Below, in pieces: positions 39,495-49,796 of a stretch of DNA of 64,000 nucleotides. The notes beneath the pieces were generated by a model. That model searched no databases. It was given only the letters and a program-made list of their open reading frames with translations, and was not told the origin of the DNA. Location of the stretch: positions 21,484 to 85,483 of the forward strand of contig UQPY01000001.1 in assembly GCA_900542965.1 (NCBI GenBank), in the 5' to 3' direction. The position numbers were made by a program, and so were the translations under genes. The first letter of the stretch is position 1, and the number at the start of each line of letters is the position of its first letter. Origin of the DNA: an uncultured Collinsella sp. Its GTDB lineage: Bacteria; Actinomycetota; Coriobacteriia; Coriobacteriales; Coriobacteriaceae.

Positions 39495-40748
39495 ATGGAA
39501 AGACGCGAACATACATACGGTTATGAGGATGCCATGGGCGTCACGCCGCCGCCCTGGACGGGTCCGGCGGTGGGCCTGATGGACCTTGATGCGTTTTTTG
39601 CGAGCGTGGAGATGCTCGATCATCCCGAATGGCGTGGAAAGCCGCTCATCGTGGGCGGAGACGCCGATTCGCGTGGCGTCGTGTCCACGTGTTCGTATGA
39701 GGCACGTCGCTTTGGCGTGCACTCTGCCATGGCCTCGGCCGAGGCGCGGCGCTTGTGCCCGCAAGCCATTTGGACGCACGGGCACTTTGATCGCTACCGC
39801 GAGGTGAGCGCGCAGGTCATGGCGATTCTCGCCGACGAGACCCCACGTGTTGAGCGCGTATCCATCGACGAAGCCTTTATCGATATCACGCCGGGTCGCT
39901 TTGCGCCCGAAGACCCACTGCTGGTTGCGCGGCGTATAAGTGACCGCGTGGCAGGGCTGGGAGTGACCTGCTCCATTGGCGTGGGCTGCAACAAGACGGT
40001 CGCAAAGATCGCAAGCGAGCGGGACAAGCCGTTTGGGCTGACCATCGTGCGCCCTGGAACCGAGCAGCGCTTTTTGGCCGCGCTGCCGGTATCTGCCATG
40101 AGCGGCATCGGGCGCTCGGCCGAGGAGCGACTGCGCCGCATGCGCATCTACACCCTCGGCGAGCTTTCGCGCGCGCCTGAGTCCACACTGGCCTCTATTT
40201 TTGGCGTCAACGGCGAACGCATGCGCCAGCGTGCGCTGGGACTCGAAATCTCTGAAGTCACGAGTCTCGATGAAGAGCGCGAGGTCAAGTCTGTCAGCAA
40301 TGAACGCACCTTTGCTAAAGATTTGACTGAACGTGGGGATATTGAGGCGGCGATTGCGCTGTTGGGCGAGTCGGTGGGACGCCGCCTGCGCCGCCAGGGA
40401 CTAACGGGCGCCACGGTGACGCTCAAGCTCAAGTATTCGTATGGAAGCGGGCGTACGGCACAGCGCCGGCTGCCTCATCCGACCGACGATGAGAACATCT
40501 TCGTAGCGGTTGCACTCGAACTGCTCGACAACATCTGGCAGGAAGGCATGCATGTTCGCTTAGCGGGCATCGGCATGAGCGACTTCGACCACCAAGGCGG
40601 CATCCAGACTGACCTGTTCTGCGAGATCGATGACCGCGGAGCCCAATCCAGCGACCGCCGCGACCTCTCCGTCGCCATCGACGCCGTCCGAGACAAATTC
40701 GGCGACACCGCCCTTTCCTTCGGCCGCCAATCCCGCTTCAATGATTAA
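39495..40748 (+). CDS. dinB: DNA polymerase IV (Y family)
   Basis: MDLDAFFASVE, SYEARRFGVHSAM, SIDEAFID, AKIASERDKPFG. Confidence 0.95.
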   Translation: MERREHTYGYEDAMGVTPPPWTGPAVGLMDLDAFFASVEMLDHPEWRGKPLIVGGDADSRGVVSTCSYEARRFGVHSAMASAEARRLCPQAIWTHGHFDRYREVSAQVMAILADETPRVERVSIDEAFIDITPGRFAPEDPLLVARRISDRVAGLGVTCSIGVGCNKTVAKIASERDKPFGLTIVRPGTEQRFLAALPVSAMSGIGRSAEERLRRMRIYTLGELSRAPESTLASIFGVNGERMRQRALGLEISEVTSLDEEREVKSVSNERTFAKDLTERGDIEAAIALLGESVGRRLRRQGLTGATVTLKLKYSYGSGRTAQRRLPHPTDDENIFVAVALELLDNIWQEGMHVRLAGIGMSDFDHQGGIQTDLFCEIDDRGAQSSDRRDLSVAIDAVRDKFGDTALSFGRQSRFND

Positions 40749-40760
40749 CCGCCCTTGGGC

Positions 40761-40803
40761 AAAAAGAAAGCCGGGCAGGTGCGGAAAACCGCAACTGCCC
40801 GGC
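40761..40803 (-). terminator. Terminator between the convergent dinB and rsfS genes
   Basis: GCCGGGCAG..GCGG-AAAA-CCGC..CTGCCCGGC with a T-tract on the minus strand. Confidence 0.8.
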
Positions 40804-40845
40804 GATATGCGTGAGGGTAGCTAAACCCCGTCTCAAAATGAGCTA

Positions 40846-41301
40846 CTAGAGGAGGTTGAGGGGGAGCTGGGGGGCGTCTCCCCAGAGTTTCTCGAGGCGG
40901 TAGAAGTCGCGGGCTTCGGGAGTGAAGACGTGGACGACAACCGAACCGTAGTCCATGAGCATCCAGGTCTTCTGCTCGCGACCCTCGATGGAGAACGGGT
41001 GCTCGCCGCAAGCCTCGGCGACCTTCTCCTCGATCTCGTCGACGATAGAATCGACCTGGCGGTTGTTGGTACCGGTGGCAAGCACAAAGTAGTCGCATAC
41101 GTCGGAAAGCTCGGTCAGGTCGAGCACCTGAACGTCCTCGCCCTTCTTGTCGTAGGCGGCCTGCGCGGCGGCGCGGGCGACATCCTCGGCGGCGACACCG
41201 CTCGCGGACAGCGAGGCGGCAGTGCGGTCGGACGTGGCGACGAAGCTCTTGTGCTCCACACCTTCAAGAATCTGCTCGTCGGTCATGGTCTCGTCGGCCA
41301 T
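40846..41301 (-). CDS. rsfS: Ribosome silencing factor RsfS (Iojap)
   Basis: DKKGEDV, DYFVLATG, WMLMDYGSVVVHVF, RDFYRLEKLW. Confidence 0.95.
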   Translation of the reverse strand: MADETMTDEQILEGVEHKSFVATSDRTAASLSASGVAAEDVARAAAQAAYDKKGEDVQVLDLTELSDVCDYFVLATGTNNRQVDSIVDEIEEKVAEACGEHPFSIEGREQKTWMLMDYGSVVVHVFTPEARDFYRLEKLWGDAPQLPLNLL

Positions 41302-41328
41302 GGAATACCTCTTTCTAGACAGCCCGAG

Positions 41329-41937
41329 CTAACGCAGCTGGGCGTAATGGTTGTAAATCGAAATAGCCGTGGGATAAAGATAGCGCCCGGACTGGATCAC
41401 ATAGACCAAACCCTGCGCAAAACAGGAGAAGAACAACTCGTCGAGCGTCGACTCCCCCACCATCTTGCGCAGTGCATGGGCATAGTCGCCGTGGCGGTTG
41501 GGCTCGATGGCATCGGCCACAAAGACCACCATATCGAGCGGCGTCATATCGCAGGCACCCACGGTGTGACGGTCGACAGCCTGAAAGACCGCCGGCGACA
41601 GCTCGGGAAAAAGCTGCGGAAGCTCATAGGCGGCAACAGGGCCATGCAAAAGCGGCGTCGCGGCAGAAGGAGAGCCGGCAATCTTAATGCCGTAATGCAG
41701 AGCGCGCGTGACCAGCTCGTCATCGGAAAGCACCTTGTCCCAGTCGTGGATCAAGCCGGCGGCAGCGGCATCAAAGCGGTCGACGCCGTAGACCTCGGCC
41801 AGATGAAGTGCGGTCTCGGCAACACCCAGCGAATGCACATAGCGCTTACGCTTATCCTTCATGCGAACATCGAGCAGCTCTTGAATGCGCTTGAGCAGCG
41901 CGCGCTCATCGCCCTCAAACTGATCCTCTACCGACAA
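41329..41937 (-). CDS. yqeK: YqeK HD-domain symmetrical Ap4A hydrolase
   Basis: RYVHSLGV, AGLIHDWDK, LLHG, HTVG, FVADAIEPNR; follows nadD. Confidence 0.88.
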   Translation of the reverse strand: MSVEDQFEGDERALLKRIQELLDVRMKDKRKRYVHSLGVAETALHLAEVYGVDRFDAAAAGLIHDWDKVLSDDELVTRALHYGIKIAGSPSAATPLLHGPVAAYELPQLFPELSPAVFQAVDRHTVGACDMTPLDMVVFVADAIEPNRHGDYAHALRKMVGESTLDELFFSCFAQGLVYVIQSGRYLYPTAISIYNHYAQLR

Positions 41938-41949
41938 CGTAGACCCCCA

Positions 41950-42627
41950 TCACTCAAAATCTTCTTGGCCCAGATCGGCATATAGCCTGCGTTTGCGAAT
42001 GTAGCCGAGCACAGACTCGCTCGTAAGATAGCGCACGCTCATGCCGCGGGCAACTCGCTTACGAATGTTCGTCGAGCTGATCGCCAGCGCCGGAATCTGA
42101 ATATAGCGCACGTCGAACGGCAGCCCCGACTCTTTGATTCGGGCACGCGCCGTATCGATATCAAAGCCCGGTCGCGTCGCCGCAATAAAGGTAGCAAGCT
42201 CAGCGATTCGTTCGGCATCATGCCAGGTAACAATATCGATAATCGCGTCGGCGCCCGTAATAAAGTAGAGCTTTACCTGCGGCGGGTAAAAGTCGCGAAG
42301 GGCATGAAGCGTATCGGCCGTATAGGTTACGCCCGGCCGGTCGATCTCGAACCGGCTCGCCAAAAAGGCCGGGTTCGCGGCGGTGGCGAGGACCGTCATG
42401 GCATAACGGTCCTCGGCAGGCGTCACCGGCTTGTCAAGCTTAAAGGCAGGAGAGCCCGCGGGCATAAAGAGCACAGCGTCCAAGTCGAGCGACTCGCGCG
42501 CCTGCTCGGCAGTCACCAAGTGCCCGTAATGAATCGGGTCGAATGTGCCGCCCATAATGCCGAGCCTAAACTCCCGCCCGTCCTCTAGAGGAAGCTCGGG
42601 CAGACCGATTCCACCGCGCAGCGACAT
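41950..42627 (-). CDS. nadD: Nicotinate-nucleotide adenylyltransferase
   Basis: GGTFDPIHYGH, FITGAD, ISSTNIR. Confidence 0.96.
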   Translation of the reverse strand: MSLRGGIGLPELPLEDGREFRLGIMGGTFDPIHYGHLVTAEQARESLDLDAVLFMPAGSPAFKLDKPVTPAEDRYAMTVLATAANPAFLASRFEIDRPGVTYTADTLHALRDFYPPQVKLYFITGADAIIDIVTWHDAERIAELATFIAATRPGFDIDTARARIKESGLPFDVRYIQIPALAISSTNIRKRVARGMSVRYLTSESVLGYIRKRRLYADLGQEDFE

Positions 42628-42630
42628 GGC

Positions 42631-44109
<1,479 letters not shown>

Positions 44110-44113
44110 CTAC

Positions 44114-44157
44114 AAAAAAGAGGGAGACCCTTGAATCCTAAAACTCAAGTGCCTCCC
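44114..44157 (-). terminator. Terminator between rpmA and obg
   Basis: Minus strand GGGAGGCACTTGAG...TTCAAGGGTCTCCC-TCTTTTTT, directly ahead of the obg RBS. Confidence 0.65.
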
Positions 44158-44182
44158 ACATATGTGCTCTATGAAGGGTGAA

Positions 44183-44440
44183 TTACGCGTTCGCGAGCGG
44201 GCGTACGCTGACCCTGTGCTTGATACCCTTGTGGAACTCAACGGTACCGTCGACCAGCGCGAACAGCGTGTCGTCCTTACCACGGCCAACGTTCTCACCC
44301 GGGTGGATGTGCGTGCCGTGCTGACGGACGAGAATCGTGCCCGTGGTTACCGTCTGGCCGGCATAGCGCTTCGTGCCAAGGCGCTGACCGCGGGAGTCAC
44401 GGCCATTACGGGAGGAACCGAGTCCTTTTTTGTGTGCCAT
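44183..44440 (-). CDS. rpmA: 50S ribosomal protein L27
   Basis: [33 protein letters not shown]. Confidence 0.98.
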   Translation of the reverse strand: MAHKKGLGSSRNGRDSRGQRLGTKRYAGQTVTTGTILVRQHGTHIHPGENVGRGKDDTLFALVDGTVEFHKGIKHRVSVRPLANA

Positions 44441-44473
44441 TGTGTATACCTACTCTTTCGTTACGAGTGTAAT

Positions 44474-44848
44474 CTACTCGGCGACGGGAGCCTCGGCAAC
44501 AGCCTCGGCCTCTGCCTTGACAGCCTTCTTGGCGCGGGACGTAGCCTGGACCTTCACGATCTTCAGCTTGGTGAGCTGCTGACGGTGACCCTTCAGACGA
44601 CGATAGCGCTTACGCTTGTGGAACTTGAAGACCAGCTGCTTCTCGCCCTTGAACTGCTCAACGATCTGAGCGGTAACCTTGGCCTTGGCCAGCTTGTCGG
44701 GATCGGTGACGATCTTCTTACCATCGTTGAGGAAGATAACCGGCAGGGTGACCTTGTCGCCCTCATTGCCCTCGATCTTCTCGACGGTGATGACATCGTC
44801 GGTGGCGACCTTGTACTGCTTGCCGCCCGTGTTAACGATTGCGTACAT
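44474..44848 (-). CDS. rplU: 50S ribosomal protein L21
   Basis: MYAIVNTGGKQYKV, KGHRQQLT. Confidence 0.98.
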   Translation of the reverse strand: MYAIVNTGGKQYKVATDDVITVEKIEGNEGDKVTLPVIFLNDGKKIVTDPDKLAKAKVTAQIVEQFKGEKQLVFKFHKRKRYRRLKGHRQQLTKLKIVKVQATSRAKKAVKAEAEAVAEAPVAE

Positions 44849-44890
44849 GTTTACTTGCCCTTCATGCATCAGTTAGTGCAACAGCCGAAT

Positions 44891-44919
44891 ATAGTAGCAG
44901 GCGAAAATACCCCCGTCAA
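44891..44919 (-). promoter_or_regulatory. rplU promoter
   Basis: TTGACG-17 bp-TACTAT; the -35 contains the stop codon of the upstream gene. Confidence 0.7.
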
Positions 44920-45728
44920 CGAGTATGTGGAGCAAATCCACAAGTTCGCACAGGTATGGGGCTGACGAGTCGGCCCTCGTCGTCCTCGCATGCTTGATTC
45001 TGACGCTCGACATCGTAGGAGCAGATGGTCACGAGGTCTTGCATACCGGTGGAAACAATAGGTGCATCCACGCCCGGGGTCAAGCCCTGCAACAAAACAT
45101 CAGCAGCAGAAAGCAAAATTTCCGGACGCATAGAGCCCTCGTTGTCGGCATGGGTGTCGAGCATGAGAACCAAATGGTCCGGGCGCTCCCCCGCCGTGAG
45201 CTCATAGCCAACGAGCGTGTGATCCAAATCCAAGCGCTTGCTCTTTTTGCCGCGCGCGTAGTCGATGCCATGATCCGCGCGCAGCGTGTCGATCGCACGA
45301 CGCACCTCGTCGGCGCTTACGGGCGCCTCGGGATCCAGGTGTAAGTCGATGCGATACGACAGGCGCGTGAGCTGCGCCGTCAATGCCGGCGTGCGCACGT
45401 CGATGTACGCCGCCTCGATGGGCGCCAGATCGGCCGGAGACGCCGCAGCCAGGCGCTCAAACGCCTCGTCGAGCGCCACGAACTCGGTCATAAACAGGTC
45501 ATACCACTCGCAGGTCGACGACGTACCAACCGGTAGCGCCGAAGAGAAGCCCACGCGCATGTGCGGAGAGAAGCCCTGCGTGACGGCATAGGGAAGTCCC
45601 GCACGGCGCACGATGCGCTCAATGGTATGGATCACTTCGAGATGGCCCAGGTACTTAAGGCGATCGCGCTTGCCATAGCGAACACGAAGTCTAAAGAGCG
45701 TGGGGTTGTCGGTCAGGCGCTCACTCAT
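44916..45728 (-). CDS. Radical-SAM-linked protein (TIGR03936/DUF2344-like)
   Basis: RLRVRYGK..LKYLGHLE...RRAGLPYAVTQGFSPH..FSSALPVG; overlaps the radical SAM gene. Confidence 0.88.
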   Translation of the reverse strand: MSERLTDNPTLFRLRVRYGKRDRLKYLGHLEVIHTIERIVRRAGLPYAVTQGFSPHMRVGFSSALPVGTSSTCEWYDLFMTEFVALDEAFERLAAASPADLAPIEAAYIDVRTPALTAQLTRLSYRIDLHLDPEAPVSADEVRRAIDTLRADHGIDYARGKKSKRLDLDHTLVGYELTAGERPDHLVLMLDTHADNEGSMRPEILLSAADVLLQGLTPGVDAPIVSTGMQDLVTICSYDVERQNQACEDDEGRLVSPIPVRTCGFAPHTR

Positions 45729-47602
45729 GCGCGATCACCCATCAATACATTCTTGGCGTGGAGCGTGGGGCAGATCCCGCAGCCGGTGCACGACGTACGG
45801 GTGCAGTCGGGAGTCGTGACGCCCTCGAGCGAGCGACGGTACTCGCGCTCGAGGAAACCGCGCGTACAGCCGGGGCTCACATGCTCCCACGGCAGGCGCC
45901 AGTCCAACTCGTAGGGCAGGTGCACGAGCTCATTGAGGTCGATGCCGTTTTTGGCAGCAGCCTCCTTCCAGTTATCGAGCGAGAAATGCTCTACCCAGGC
46001 GTCAAAGCGAGAGCCCGAGCGCCAAGCGTCGATGATGACGGGCGTCATGTCGCGACCGGCGCGGGACAGCGCGGCCTCGATGAGCGAAGTCTCGGCATCG
46101 TGGTAATGCACGCGGACGGCACGGTTGCGAACGCTCGTGATAAGCAGCTTCTGGCGACGCTTGACGTCGTCGTAGTCGAGCTGCGGGCACCACTGGAACG
46201 GCGTGGCGGCCTTGGGGATAAAGACCGAAACCGAGATGGACACCGAGATCGAGCCGCGACGAGCCTTGGGCACCACGGAACGACCGAGCTCCAGCACGTG
46301 ATCGGCCAGATTGGCGATGGCCACGATGTCCTCGTCGCGCTCGCCGGGAAGGCCCATCATAAAGTAGAGCTTCATGCGGTTCCAGCCGGCCTCGAAGGCC
46401 GCCTTGGCCGCACGGTCCAGGTCCTCCTCGGTCACGTTCTTGTTAATGATGTCGCGCATGCGCTGGCTGCCGGCCTCGGGCGCGAACGTCAGTCCGCCCT
46501 TCTTTTCGCCGGCGACCGACTCGGCCATATCCACGCCAAACGAATCCAGGCGCTGCGACGGAATAGACACGCGAATACCCGTATCCTCCAGGCGACGGTT
46601 GAGCCTGCCGAGCACGTCGCGAATGCAGGAGTGGTCGGTCGTGGAGAGCGAGGTCAGCGACACCTCGTCATAGCCAGTCTTTTCCAGACCCTGAATCACC
46701 GACGAGACAATCTGGTCGGCCGAGCGCTCGCGCACCGGGCGATACGTCATGCCAGCCTGGCAAAAACGACAGCCGCGGGCGCAGCCGCGCAGGATCTCGA
46801 TAGACAGGCGGTCGTGGACCAGCTGCGCATAGGGCACGCACGACTGCGACAGCGGATTCGTGGCGCCGAAATCCTCGACGACGCGCTTGTAGACCACGGT
46901 CGGCGCATCCTTGCCCTCACGCGGCACGGTGTAGCCATGCGGCGAGCAGGGCTCGTCGTGACGAACCTCATAGAGCGACGGCACGTAGTTGCCACCAATG
47001 GATGCAAGCTGCTCAACAATCTGCGCGCGCGGGACCCCTTCGTCACGCAGACGGCGATGCAGCTGGCAGGTCTCGAGCAGCGATTCCTCGCCCTCACCGA
47101 TGAGGATGGCATCGAAGAAGGCCGCGTACGGCTCGGGGTTGTACACCGAGGGGCCGCCGGCGATGATGATAGGGTCGTCTTCGCCTCGGTCGGCCGCCAA
47201 CAGTGGAATGCCAGCGAGGTCGAGTGCCTCGAGGAAGTTCGTCACCGCCATCTCGTGCGGCACATGCAGACCGACGATATCAAACGAAGCGACCGGCGCT
47301 GCACCCTCAAGCGAGAGCAGCGGAATGCCCGCCTCGCGCATAGCGTCACCCATATCGGGCCACGGCACATAGCCACGCTCGCAGGAGATGCCCTCGGCCT
47401 GGTTAAGGATGTTGTAGAGGATGGCGATACCCTGGTTGGGCAGACCGACCTCGTACACATCCGGATAGATCAGGCAGCAACGGTAGTCGGCATCGGCCTT
47501 GGAAAGCGTGCCCCACTCGTGATCGATATAGCGACTCGGCTTCTCGACCTTGGCGAGCAACGGCTCAATTAAATGAAAACAGTCTTGGTATGCAACGCGC
47601 AA
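45725..47602 (-). CDS. B12-binding-domain radical SAM protein (TIGR03960-like)
   Basis: VEKPSRY, YPDVYEVG, EILRGCARGCRFCQAG (CxxxCxxC), FAPEAGSQRMR, C-terminal CTGCGIC. Confidence 0.9.
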   Translation of the reverse strand: MRVAYQDCFHLIEPLLAKVEKPSRYIDHEWGTLSKADADYRCCLIYPDVYEVGLPNQGIAILYNILNQAEGISCERGYVPWPDMGDAMREAGIPLLSLEGAAPVASFDIVGLHVPHEMAVTNFLEALDLAGIPLLAADRGEDDPIIIAGGPSVYNPEPYAAFFDAILIGEGEESLLETCQLHRRLRDEGVPRAQIVEQLASIGGNYVPSLYEVRHDEPCSPHGYTVPREGKDAPTVVYKRVVEDFGATNPLSQSCVPYAQLVHDRLSIEILRGCARGCRFCQAGMTYRPVRERSADQIVSSVIQGLEKTGYDEVSLTSLSTTDHSCIRDVLGRLNRRLEDTGIRVSIPSQRLDSFGVDMAESVAGEKKGGLTFAPEAGSQRMRDIINKNVTEEDLDRAAKAAFEAGWNRMKLYFMMGLPGERDEDIVAIANLADHVLELGRSVVPKARRGSISVSISVSVFIPKAATPFQWCPQLDYDDVKRRQKLLITSVRNRAVRVHYHDAETSLIEAALSRAGRDMTPVIIDAWRSGSRFDAWVEHFSLDNWKEAAAKNGIDLNELVHLPYELDWRLPWEHVSPGCTRGFLEREYRRSLEGVTTPDCTRTSCTGCGICPTLHAKNVLMGDRA

Positions 47603-47612
47603 CGGAAAACCC

Positions 47613-48542
47613 CTAAGCAGCGATATCGGATGCGTCCTGATAGGACGCCATAGGACGGGTAGCGCCCGCGACCGTGGTCACCAGATCGCGAACGCGGGAG
47701 AACGTGGCAGTGACCACCTCGTTGGCACGGCTGTAGTCGACATCGCGCTCGTAGAGCGAAACGAGCGCACGGCCCATGCCATAGGTGCCCGCGGCAGCAG
47801 TGAGCGCCTTGACGGCAAACCCAATATGCGGCGTCTGCTTGACGAGCGCGCGGGTGACCGCGCGGATCACAAGACCGCCGGCAAGCACGCCCGCGACCTC
47901 GTAGCCGCGCTCGGGCTTAATGCCGCGTCCAAAGACGGCAGCGAGCTCAAAGAGCATACCCACCTGCGCCAGCGCCATAACGGGATAATCGGCGCCCGGC
48001 AAAAACACCAGCGCACCGGTCGCCATATTGGTGAGCGCGCACGAGGTGATGATACGATTGGCCGCAGCGATGCGCATGAAGGCAAAGTTCGCCGCAAAAG
48101 CCGTTTCCTTGTCGGTGCGATCGAGAATCCAGCGGGCAAGCGTCTCGAGCAGATACGTCTTATCGGTTGCCGCTACCACGCCGAGCATGGGCGTAGACTC
48201 CTCGATAAACGGCACCTCCACAGCAGACTCGGCAAGCACGCACACGGGCGCGCCGGCGATCACGAGCTCCTGCACGGCACTCTCCAAGCGGTCGGAACCA
48301 CACGAGAGCACCAGCACCACATCGGTATCGGTCTTTGGAGCAATTCGCTCCTCCCCCAGACGCTCGACGCGCACAATGCCCGAGGTCGTCTGCGGCACAA
48401 AGGCGTCACGCACCGTCTCGGCCAGAAAGCGCGAGGCGGACGAATCCAGATAGACCGAGACGCGCACAGGTGTATCGGAATCCTTCTTAACGGACGCGCC
48501 CATCTTAAAAGCGCGGGTCAGCTTATCTACGGGAATTTTCAT
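47613..48542 (-). CDS. Uncharacterised protein with a DUF697/YcjF-like hydrophobic C-terminal region
   Basis: GALVFLPGADYPVMALAQVGMLFELAAVFG...AAAGTYGMG resembles DUF697; alpha/beta N-terminal part. Confidence 0.6.
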   Translation of the reverse strand: MKIPVDKLTRAFKMGASVKKDSDTPVRVSVYLDSSASRFLAETVRDAFVPQTTSGIVRVERLGEERIAPKTDTDVVLVLSCGSDRLESAVQELVIAGAPVCVLAESAVEVPFIEESTPMLGVVAATDKTYLLETLARWILDRTDKETAFAANFAFMRIAAANRIITSCALTNMATGALVFLPGADYPVMALAQVGMLFELAAVFGRGIKPERGYEVAGVLAGGLVIRAVTRALVKQTPHIGFAVKALTAAAGTYGMGRALVSLYERDVDYSRANEVVTATFSRVRDLVTTVAGATRPMASYQDASDIAA

Positions 48543-48560
48543 GGCAAACCCCTCCAGCGG

Positions 48561-49787
48561 TTACGCGGCGCCCGAACGATGCCGCCATATGGATTGTACG
48601 ATACCCACCGTCAGCAGCTGAATCATCATCGAAGACGAACCGATGCTAATAAACGGTAGCGGAATACCGGTAATCGGCATCATGCCGATGCACATGCCGA
48701 TGTTTTCGAAAGTCTGGAACGCCCACATGCCAACGATGCCCACACACGAAAGACGCAAAAACAGCGACTCGCACTTAAAGGCGACGCGAATCGTCGAAAA
48801 GATCAGCAGCACGTAGAGGCACAGGAGCAAAAAGGAACCGCAAAAGCCAAAGGTCTCGGACAGGAAGGCGAAGACGAAGTCGGTGTGGAACTCAGGCAGA
48901 AAGCCGCCGGCCGACTGCGTCGCATGCCCCAGGCCCTTACCAAAGAAGCCGCCCGAGCCAACGGCGATAAGCGACTGCTGCAGGTTGTAGGCATCGTCCG
49001 AATCGGCATTATCGGGGTCGATAAAGACCGTCAGACGGTTCATCTGATACTGCTTGATGAGCACATCGTGGCCGAGCAACGAATCAAAGACCGAATCAAG
49101 CGCCAGGACGAGGGCCACCAGGCCCACGAGCAGGGCCAGGGTCGACAGCACCCATTCGCGGCGTGCACCGCTCATGCAGATGACGATGGCGCCCGAAACC
49201 AGCACGACCAGGCCCGAGCCCAGGTCACCCATGGCAACGACGGCCAAAAACGGAATGGACAGCATGCCGCAGAGCTTGACGTAGTCGCGAACGGTATCGA
49301 TGCGACCGTTATACTGCGAACCAAGCGTAGCAATAAAGAAGATGGTGATGAGCTTGGCAAGCTCAACCGGCTGGAACGTCAAGCCGATACCGGGAATCTT
49401 GATCCAGCCCGTCATGCCCAGACCGCCCGTATAGGACAGACCCGGAATCTTGGGCGAGAAGATCACGATCAGGTCGATGACGAGCAACGCCGTCGAGAAA
49501 TTGGAAATACCGCGCAGGTCGGTACGCCAGACCAGCACCGCCAGCACCGCCCCGATGCCAATTCCCAGCAGATGGCGTGAAAACGATGCATCGGCCTTAA
49601 ACTGCGAAGCCGACCAGATAATGATGGCACCGTAGGCGACGAGCGCCACAGTAGCCACGAGCACACCGATATGCACCTTTTGGCGAAACGTGCCGCGCGA
49701 GGCCGAAAGTTGTTTGTTGACGCGGTCCAGGCTGCTGCGAGAGCCGGTCTTGGTTGAACGGAACAGATCCGCCGGAGAAAAATCCAT
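48561..49787 (-). CDS. rodA: SEDS peptidoglycan polymerase RodA
   Basis: FQPVELAK, QSLIAVGSGG, LPEFHTDFVFA, MPITGIPLPFIS; downstream of pbp2. Confidence 0.92.
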   Translation of the reverse strand: MDFSPADLFRSTKTGSRSSLDRVNKQLSASRGTFRQKVHIGVLVATVALVAYGAIIIWSASQFKADASFSRHLLGIGIGAVLAVLVWRTDLRGISNFSTALLVIDLIVIFSPKIPGLSYTGGLGMTGWIKIPGIGLTFQPVELAKLITIFFIATLGSQYNGRIDTVRDYVKLCGMLSIPFLAVVAMGDLGSGLVVLVSGAIVICMSGARREWVLSTLALLVGLVALVLALDSVFDSLLGHDVLIKQYQMNRLTVFIDPDNADSDDAYNLQQSLIAVGSGGFFGKGLGHATQSAGGFLPEFHTDFVFAFLSETFGFCGSFLLLCLYVLLIFSTIRVAFKCESLFLRLSCVGIVGMWAFQTFENIGMCIGMMPITGIPLPFISIGSSSMMIQLLTVGIVQSIWRHRSGAA

Positions 49788-49796
49788 CGCAACCTC

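Noticed and set aside
44441..44473. Missing prp protease gene between rplU and rpmA
   Set aside because: L27 starts at MAHKKG with no N-terminal extension, so Prp is not expected.
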